This document shows positions 56,045 through 64,000 of a DNA stretch of 64,000 nt, piece by piece. The notes under the pieces are model-generated. The model saw only the letters and a program-made list of their open reading frames with translations. It had not been told where the DNA came from and did not search any database. The position numbers were made by a program, and so were the translations under genes. Each line of letters starts with the position of its first letter. The stretch's first letter is position 1. Origin of the DNA: Eledone cirrhosa (Eukaryota); assembly GCA_964016885.1 (NCBI GenBank), contig OZ024740.1:411308001-411372000 (forward strand), given 5' to 3'.

Positions 56045-56355
56045 GGACACACACTCACACACGCGCACACAAACAAACACTCCCCCAAACACTCACACAC
56101 GCGCGCACAGACATACACTCACCCTCATACTCACACACGCGCACACAAACAAACACTCCCCCTCACACTCATAGACGCGCACACAAACATACAATCGGCC
56201 ACACACTCACACACGCGCACACAAATATACACTTACCCACGCACTCACACACGCGCACACAAACATACACTCACCCACACTCTCACACACGCGCACACAA
56301 ACATACATCGGCCACACACTCACACACACGCACACAAACATACAATCACCTACAC
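56045..56355. repeat. CA-rich minisatellite (CACACTCACACACGCGCACACAAAC variants)
   Basis: About eight diverged units are visible. Confidence 0.85.
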
Positions 56356-56419
56356 ATATTGTGAAGCTTATCACTTTCACAAGACAATATCTGGCTCTGA
56401 TATCAAGATTCTCTTGATG

Positions 56420-57450
56420 TAGCATTCTCCCCTCTCCGCCGAGGCCGTGCACCGCCTTCTGAAAGGTATGGCGGCCTTGGCCTCCGGTTCCGGATCTCAC
56501 TAGCTTTGCCGGCGTATCATTCGCCGGTAACCTCGTGCCACGTCCTCGTGGACAGGGTTCTTCAAAAAACAACAGAACCCTCTGTGTTCAGAGAACGTGA
56601 GGCCGCCTGTGAGACGTGGGACCGGCTGGGACTTAGCCCAGTAGACGTCCCTCTTCCTTCTCTTCCTGTTGACGTCAAGTCACCCCAACGCACGTGGGAT
56701 GCCATCCAGTGCAGCCTGGCCTCAGACAGGCTCACGCGCCAGCTCGACCAGCACCGCCTTGCTTGTTTTCGTGCGGCCTCCAAACCCCACAGTGGTGCCT
56801 GGCTCTATGCCCTGCCCTCCTTCTCCACCGGCACGCAGCTAGACAACCATAGCCTGCGCATCGGCGTTTCCATGAGGCTCGGCTTCCGGATCTGCCAGCC
56901 ACACCAATGTCGCTGCGGTTCCAACGTGGAATCTTTCGGCCTCCACCCACTTTCCTGTCGCCACAGTGCCGGCCGAATTCCACGCCATGCTGCCCTCAAC
57001 GAGGTCATTAAGCATGGCTTGGACGCTGCAGGCTTCCGTTCCCTGCTCGAGCCGGTGAGGCTGGATCGAGGGGACGGCAAAAGGCCAGATGGCATGACCA
57101 TCTTCCCGTTTCGCGGTGGCAAACCCCTCGTCTGGGATGCCACTTGCACCGACACTTTCTGCAGCCGCAACCTGGTGCTGTCTGCGACTGACCCAGGTTC
57201 TGCAGCACGTCGGGCTGAGGGGGCCCAAACTCCTCAAATACCGGTCGCTCTCCGACAGATTTGCGGTCGTACACCTGGCAGTGAAGATTTCTGGTGTCCT
57301 CGGCCCTAGGGCTACCTCCTTACTCACCACGATAGGCGCTGAGCTAGCCATCTGCAGGTGTGGGCCCCGCGAGTTGGAGTGGCTTTTCTAGCGCGTCTCT
57401 CTTGCCATCCTCCGGGGAAACGCCATCTCCATTCTGTCCACCGGGGTCTG
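56420..57450 (+). mobile_element. CRE-like non-LTR retrotransposon 3' part: zinc knuckle and restriction-like endonuclease
   Basis: SGAWLYALP...LRIGVSMRLG...CRCG...GLHPLSC...RHAALNEVI...EP...DGKRPDG...LVWDATCTDT matches the CCHC plus PD..D RLE pattern. GC-rich, frameshifted near 57230. Confidence 0.88.
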
Positions 57451-57758
57451 TGGGTGTGCCCCATCGCGTACCCTTGCAGTTGTTGTATACAGATATTAAC
57501 TCAACACTGTTGCTATTTTACATTAATGAATTAGAGTCATTTTACTTAAATGGCTTGTCACTTTACAATCTTTCTCAGATATATTTCATCGCTTATTATT
57601 TAGCTGGCGGTATTTGTGTAATTTTCTTCTTGTATTAATATAACATACATTTGTAACTCCTGATTTTCTATATGATGTCACTGCCACTGGCAATAGTTAT
57701 GTATCTATGTAAATGTTCTGAAGACTAGGATTTGAATTACCTGTTTAAACATTATCTA

Positions 57759-57805
57759 TGCTCCGATGAAACCAGACATCCGCCTGGAAGAAACAATTGT
57801 CCGCA
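57759..57805 (+). ncRNA. Degenerate minimal hammerhead motif
   Basis: TGCT-CCGATGA-AA-CCAG..CTGG-AA-GAAA-CAATTG-TC-CGCA then ATTAAA. Core U4 to C, palindromic stem III ACAATTGT, GUC site. Confidence 0.5.
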
Positions 57806-58092
57806 ATTAAATGTATTAAACTAAGATTTGATTGTTGTAATATTTTGTATTAATATATCTTAATATTAAACATGTTTTTAAATGGTTGTATAGTGCACTA
57901 TATAAAAATCAATAATATTCATATAATATTAATACCTATTAAAACTCCATATTTCTAGAGCTTCGAGATTGCGTATTTAATTGATGGAGCGTAAAAAGTT
58001 TAACACCTCATTAAAAATATTGCGAGGTAGACATTTTTACATTTCTGTATATTTGTGGAGAATATTACTAGCATATTTCAAAGGTATATCTT

Positions 58093-58352
58093 ACCCAGGT
58101 TCTGCTGCACGTCGGGATGAGGAGGTCAAATTCTCCAAATACCGGTCGATCTCCAACAGATTTGCGGTCGTACCCTTGGCAGTAGAGACGTCTGGTGTCC
58201 TCGGCCCTAGGGCTACCTCCCTTCTCACCACCATAGGCGCTGAGCTGGCCAGCCGCAGGTGTGAGTCTCGCGAGTTGGAATGGCTTTTCCAGAGCGTCTC
58301 CCTCGCCGTTCCCCGGTGAAACGGCTTCGCCATTCTGTCGGCTGGGGCTGTG
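58093..58352 (+). mobile_element. Third CRE-like 3' terminal fragment
   Basis: PGSAARRDEEVKFSKY...FAVVPLAVETSGVLGP...LFQSVSLAV.RG matches 57191-57450. Confidence 0.85.
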
Positions 58353-59691
58353 GGGAGGCCTCCAATATGATTGACTGACTTGTCATTTTATCAGTCAACT
58401 GCTGCTTCGTTAACAAATTAACGTACCTGATTGTATAGAATGCCTCTGAACCATGCACGAGTAAGCAGACAAATGCCAAAAATCATAGGGAGAAAACAGT
58501 CAACTTTTCCCAATCTAATTGCTTGGTGCAAGAAACTTTTCAACTTTTTCAAGCATTTGTATCAGTAGAATAACTCATGACGTGAATATACATAATTGTG
58601 CATTTATTGCCATAGAAAAATATTAAGACTAACAAACCTATTACGTTACTTTCCTGTCACCTTTTTGAAACATTATTTCAACATCTAACACCTTTTTGAT
58701 ATTCATTATATGAAGAGCCTGCTACACATCGGAAAATAATACACTAAGCGTTTAATATGACTAAACGTGGTTCATTACAAATATATTTTGTTAGTTATAT
58801 TCCCTTAAGGCACCAACAAATTGATTCATACTATGTTGTGACAAATAGGATTTTATTCATTCGTCATATCAATTGGCATATTGTCATAATCATAAAGCAG
58901 AATATTGAGTATATTTTATCTATGTATCTGTTAGATATAAGTACAAATAACCATGCAATGTTCTTTTATATTTCATTTAGTTAGTAATCTCCATGCCATA
59001 AGTATTGTTTAACTATTGAATGAAAATAATGCTGTCGTTAAAAACATAAAATTAAGAACATGAAATGATATCGGAAATATATAACATCTTATACTGATAT
59101 CGAACAGGAATAATTGGTTATGTTTTTTAAAGTCCTTTGTGAGTTTTTTCCTTTAATGAGTTTTTGTCTTATTTTCAAATATATCAAAGTTATCAAAGTT
59201 AAATTTCTAGATTAAAAGAGAAATCCTGCCTCTATATACAGCGTTTTAGCTCGTGTAGTAAGTGAACAATAATTTATTTCTGAAATTAATATTTTTATTC
59301 CTTCATCAGTAAGATTCTACATCAGTAAGATTCATACACTTTTAGATGCGACAGAGTAGTATGCGTCCAAAAATAAGATATATATTGTAGCTATGATTTT
59401 TGTTAGAAAATAATCAGCACGTTCCACTTCCACAGCTTTTCAAGATAATGTCTTTTTAAAAAGAAATAGACGGCTGCAATAGTTATGTCACTAAATATTA
59501 TTATTATTGAAACATAATCGTTGTAATCTGATAATTTCATAGAATCAGGGATATATCTACGCATAAACAGTTGTGATATTTGCATCGTCAGTTTCCACTG
59601 TGATTGTTACAGTTGTTTGATCAAATGAACTACTTAATAATTAAACAATGCAGTAAGTTGTTGAGTAGTTTCCTGAAGCTTGTACTAATAT

Positions 59692-59872
59692 TTGTTTCTA
59701 CTTTTGGCACAAGGCCAGCAATTACCCAGTGCATTACTGGTACTTTATTTTATCGACCCCGTAAGGATGAAAGGCAAAGTCAACCTCGGCGGGATTTGAA
59801 CTCAGAATGGCAAGGGCCGTAACTCTATGCGTCAAAGCATGGTGTACGACCCTCTACCGATACTCCCAATTC
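59692..59872 (-). mobile_element. SINE family A, near full length
   Basis: Highly similar to 7387-7568. Confidence 0.82.
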
Positions 59873-60117
59873 ACTAATAATATAATTATCAGGAAGAATC
59901 AGCGGTAGTGAAATCAACCGATCCGTTTCATTAAAATAAAGTCCATCTGAAGGCTGTATCTAATTTGCAAATAATTTCGCATGTGGGAGATCGAACACGT
60001 GACCCGATTATTACGAATCACTCAGCCATACATCCATATTACGTCGCCCCAAACATGCTGATTCCCTGCTCACAAACACGGCTACTTCTCTATCTATTAA
60101 TATATATATATTCTCCC

Positions 60118-60177
<60 letters not shown>

Positions 60178-60196
60178 ATATATATATAATATATAT

Positions 60197-60492
60197 GGAT
60201 TAGTTTTTAGAGCGTTGGGCTTGCAATTAAGAGGTTGTGAGTTCAATTCGCGGACCGGGTGAGGCGTTGTGCCCTTGAGCATGTCACTTTATTTTACGTT
60301 GCGCCGTTTTACTCAGCTGTAGAAATGAGTTGCGACGTCACTGGTGCCAAGATGCGATTGCCTTTCCATTGGACAACATCGGTAGGTTGGAGAGGAGAAA
60401 CTGGTATGCATGGGCGTCTGTTGGTCTTAAACGTACATACTTGTGCCACGGAGATACACTTTCTAGGTGCAAAACCATGGTTGTTAATGACC
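60197..60492 (+). mobile_element. SINE family B (tRNA-like head plus central GTGCCCTTGAGCA domain)
   Basis: TAGAGCGTTGGGCTTGCAATT...GAGTTCAATTC head; the body aligns with the reverse complement of 18160-18476. Confidence 0.72.
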
Positions 60493-61220
60493 AATGTGGT
60501 CCTCAACATATTTATATAGTTCTGTGCCATGCCCATTTATGTCTAGTTTCCATTCTTTTGGTTGCTTCCTTCTCTCCACATCATATTGTATAATGTACAT
60601 ATCTTCGCACTGGATGCATAAATCAAAATGTATTCACTTGAAGCAGAAATCCAAACAACATATGAACTTAATTTGAAGAGAGCTTGCTACTTGTGTCGTA
60701 ACAGTTATTATACAACTCATATCACTCATAGCTGATTTCAAAAAAATGATACTATTTAAAACTATAACCATGAATGATACCAAGTTATTTCGACATCGTG
60801 ATTTTACCATTAGCATTCTAAGAGTTTCCTTCTAGGCATTTCAGGATATTTACGGCAATACAAATCAATGAAGGTTTCTCATTTACGATTCATAACAATT
60901 GTCATAGTAATGATTTCTTACATTGGCACAAGGAAACGAATTTGTAAAGTAGAGCATTATATAAAATAAATGCCCTCAGCATATTACTTTGTGACTCACA
61001 CACAGAATGGAGAAAAGCGAGATTAATACATTATCACTTCGTCTTTATTAATTCGATTTGATCACAAGATGTAAAATGTTATAGCCAAATTTTGACTTTA
61101 TAAATCTTCCTTACGGAGTTCATTAGATAAAAGCCACTCATCTACTACGGTCGATATGATCATGTGTTATCCGTCACAAAACAAAAATTCTGTGGCATTG
61201 TCACTGTAGTAGTAGTATTT

Positions 61221-61276
<56 letters not shown>

Positions 61277-61628
61277 ACCACAGAAATGAAAATAAATATT
61301 GTCAGAGTGAATGACGAATGGAAATTATCTTAATGACTGAAAACCTGATCATACTTTGGTGTATGTCAATAAACTCTGGCAAGACTTTCGTGGAAAATCG
61401 ACAGTAAATGCTTATCAAGATGCATCTCGAACGATAATGATTTCATTTAAAATTATTTCTTCCAGCATACATTAATACATCACTAAAAGAAATATAGAAC
61501 TCATCCAAAGATAAAGGGCTGTAGACAAACATACCTGAAATATGTAGATTGGAAATAGAAAACATTCATCTGTATAATGCGTGATATTTAGAAAATATTG
61601 CTAATAGGAAATGCACACACACACTATA

Positions 61629-61660
<32 letters not shown>

Positions 61661-61714
61661 CGTTTCTGAATTTGTTTAGCAAGATTCTTTATCTGAAATC
61701 GTGTGTTGAAACCG

Positions 61715-61815
61715 ATATTGTTATACTTTGGGAGGGTCATGTTGCCAATAATAAATTGAAGTGAAAGCAACTGGTGCGTGTGTTTCTTATTGGCAACATG
61801 ACCCTCCCAAAGTAT

Positions 61816-61823
<8 letters not shown>
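61715..61823. repeat. Fold-back with perfect 37-bp inverted arms, ending in (TA)n
   Basis: ATATTGTTATACTTTGGGAGGGTCATGTTGCCAATAA (61715-61751) and its exact reverse complement (61787-61823). Confidence 0.9.
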
Positions 61824-61874
<51 letters not shown>

Positions 61875-63347
61875 TGAGTGTTTTGAATGAAAAAAGGAAG
61901 CACAAAATAAATAAAGAGACTGCACCTACACAAGCTAGTCAGATTTGTATTCACTTGTGTCATGAAAATAACATAGAAATAAGCTACTGAGAAATATTTA
62001 CAATGATGTTTAGTTGTAATAATATATCTCAGAATCAGTCTCTCCATTGATGGCAGAAATAAAGTATAAATCACTGTAAACTAGGAATAGAGAACGTCAC
62101 ATTTCATACGATTACAAAGTCAGTCAGTTTCAATCCATCGTCCGTTGGAAACATTGGCATCAAAAGCTTTCAACAGATACAAAGCATAATTGTAAACCCG
62201 AGGAAGCTAATACCAAGGAGAAGATCTCTTGGTTTTGATAATAATGTATAAAATAAAAGAGAACACAATCAAATTGCAATTCTTTCTTGTAATTTTCAGT
62301 TAGAATGCACACCTAATGGCTATAATTGAAATTCCTTACGTAATCATAAAAAAAATACACGTAAAGAAACAATTTCCAAGGGTTAAGCATTAAAAATCAA
62401 TAGCAAACGTATTGATTATTTGTTAAAGTTAACATGCTAAAGGAAATATATTTACCGTAAATTGATATTAAATAAGAAATAAAAAGCCTTCTGTAGGCAG
62501 TGAAGTAGTTTCTCATTAATAGAAAAAAAAAGCTACTACACCCACGCACAAACAACATATACGTTCATATATATTCCCATATACACATCTGATTCTCAAA
62601 GCAAAGAGAATGGTGTCAATTCTACTTCTAAAGTTTGAAAAATTTGTGTTGAACAAATCACTGTGTCTTCTTACTGTGTAAATTTAATATAGGAAAAACT
62701 CAATCCAGCTGAATTTCACGATCAATTAACTGTATAGTTTCCCATCACATGTTGTAGAGCTATTTTAATTGAGGTACTAAAGCAAAAAAAAATACGACTT
62801 GCTAATTAATAGCACTACTTTCCACTTAATTACTTCTATAAATTATCAGCATCAGATTTCTTATATTATTGTTTATATTTTTCTTATGTGGTTTTGGTTT
62901 CAACTTGTTTATTTTCGCTTTGACAATTTCGTTTTATTTTTTGAATGACAAATCGTGTAAAATCGTTGATGTATAACAACAATAGCAATAATATTCATGA
63001 CGGCAATGATACTATACGGAAGACAAGATACGTCAATAATCCTGTATTGTAATGCTACATGAAATACAGATAAACAAAAAGGATTTCCTAAGGTATGATT
63101 GACTGATATTTTAGTTGCGATGGAAACCAAATGTATAAACAATAAATCAATAATTTACAGAGTCTTTGATGGTGAGTAGGATGTGATTGAATGATTGATT
63201 GTCTGAGCGTTTCTATGATTCTAAACTGAACAGGACCCACATAAGTGATTGATTAGGTGGGAATATACGGAGACTAATTTAATTTAAAGGAAAGACTATA
63301 ATACAATAAACTAATGATATATTGTGACACCTGCATTTTCCTTTCAG

Positions 63348-63440
63348 GAAAACAGTATACACTCTTCATTACCTGACTCTACAGAAAAAGAAAATCGACA
63401 AAGGAATGTTTACCAAGTTATATACAATAAAACAAGTTAA
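63348..63440 (+). CDS. Candidate downstream exon of the secreted-protein gene
   Basis: Branch-like CTAAT at 63311 and acceptor CATTTTCCTTTCAG| at 63347. The phase-0 frame is open for 30 codons (ENSIHSSLPDSTEKENRQRNVYQ...). No strong donor and no homology support. Confidence 0.2.
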   Translation, partial: ENSIHSSLPDSTEKENRQRNVYQVIYNKTS

Positions 63441-63833
63441 AAATAGATTTATGTTGATTAAACTACGTTTTCAAACTTTACATTTTTCATAACACACTGG
63501 CATAACCATGGGTTTGAGAAATTCACTTCATAACCACATAGCTCTGGGTTTGATTATCATATGTGGAAACTAAATGAGTTGGCTTGTATTGTAACCTCCG
63601 TTGACCAAAATTTGGGCGTTGAATTTTAGAAACGGAAACTGAGTCATTGTTCATCTCGTTTAGTTGCATCTGCGCTTGTGTTTACCGCTGTAAAAGCCAT
63701 TGCCATGTCAAAAGAGGGAAAGGTGCGGTTCATATCGATATATAAGACCAACAATCCTTTATTACTATTTACCAGCATTTTTCAGATATAAACAAATGTT
63801 TATGTATATTTCATGTGTATACACACACACACA

Positions 63834-63967
<134 letters not shown>

Positions 63968-64000
63968 AGAGTATTGAAATTTGCTTGAAGCATTGTGGAA

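Noticed and set aside
59270-59335. Minus-strand CTGATGA...GAAA and a short CATCAGTAAGATTC duplication
   Set aside because: No stable stems; expected by chance in AT-rich DNA.

Overview
AT-rich, microsatellite-saturated animal genomic DNA. The SINE families suggest an octopus or other coleoid cephalopod (inference). Almost all ORF-track entries are translations of (TA)n, (CA)n or (GA)n tracts. The only convincing host gene piece is a + strand signal-peptide exon (49283-49390, MDCRLIALVSVCLFLLTSPALSAPAAD...) of a secreted, neuropeptide-like precursor. It may be linked to a TATA/CRE promoter and non-coding first exon about 37 kb upstream (~12003-12160). The rest is decayed mobile DNA: a Buster-type hAT transposon with TIRs and an 8-bp TSD nested in an RTE-like LINE end, R4/Dong-like and CRE-like LINE fragments, tRNA-type SINEs, a MITE-like element and Penelope-like remnants. 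The most striking unannotated signal is about ten hammerhead-ribozyme (HHR) motifs (CUGANGA...GAAA...UH) of several unrelated sequence families, mostly beside (TA)n tracts. They include a tandem pair 480 nt apart forming a retrozyme-like non-coding unit, a ~370-bp palindrome with an HHR on each strand, and a fold-back family centred on an HHR stem II. All RNA folds were paired by eye and no activity is shown.
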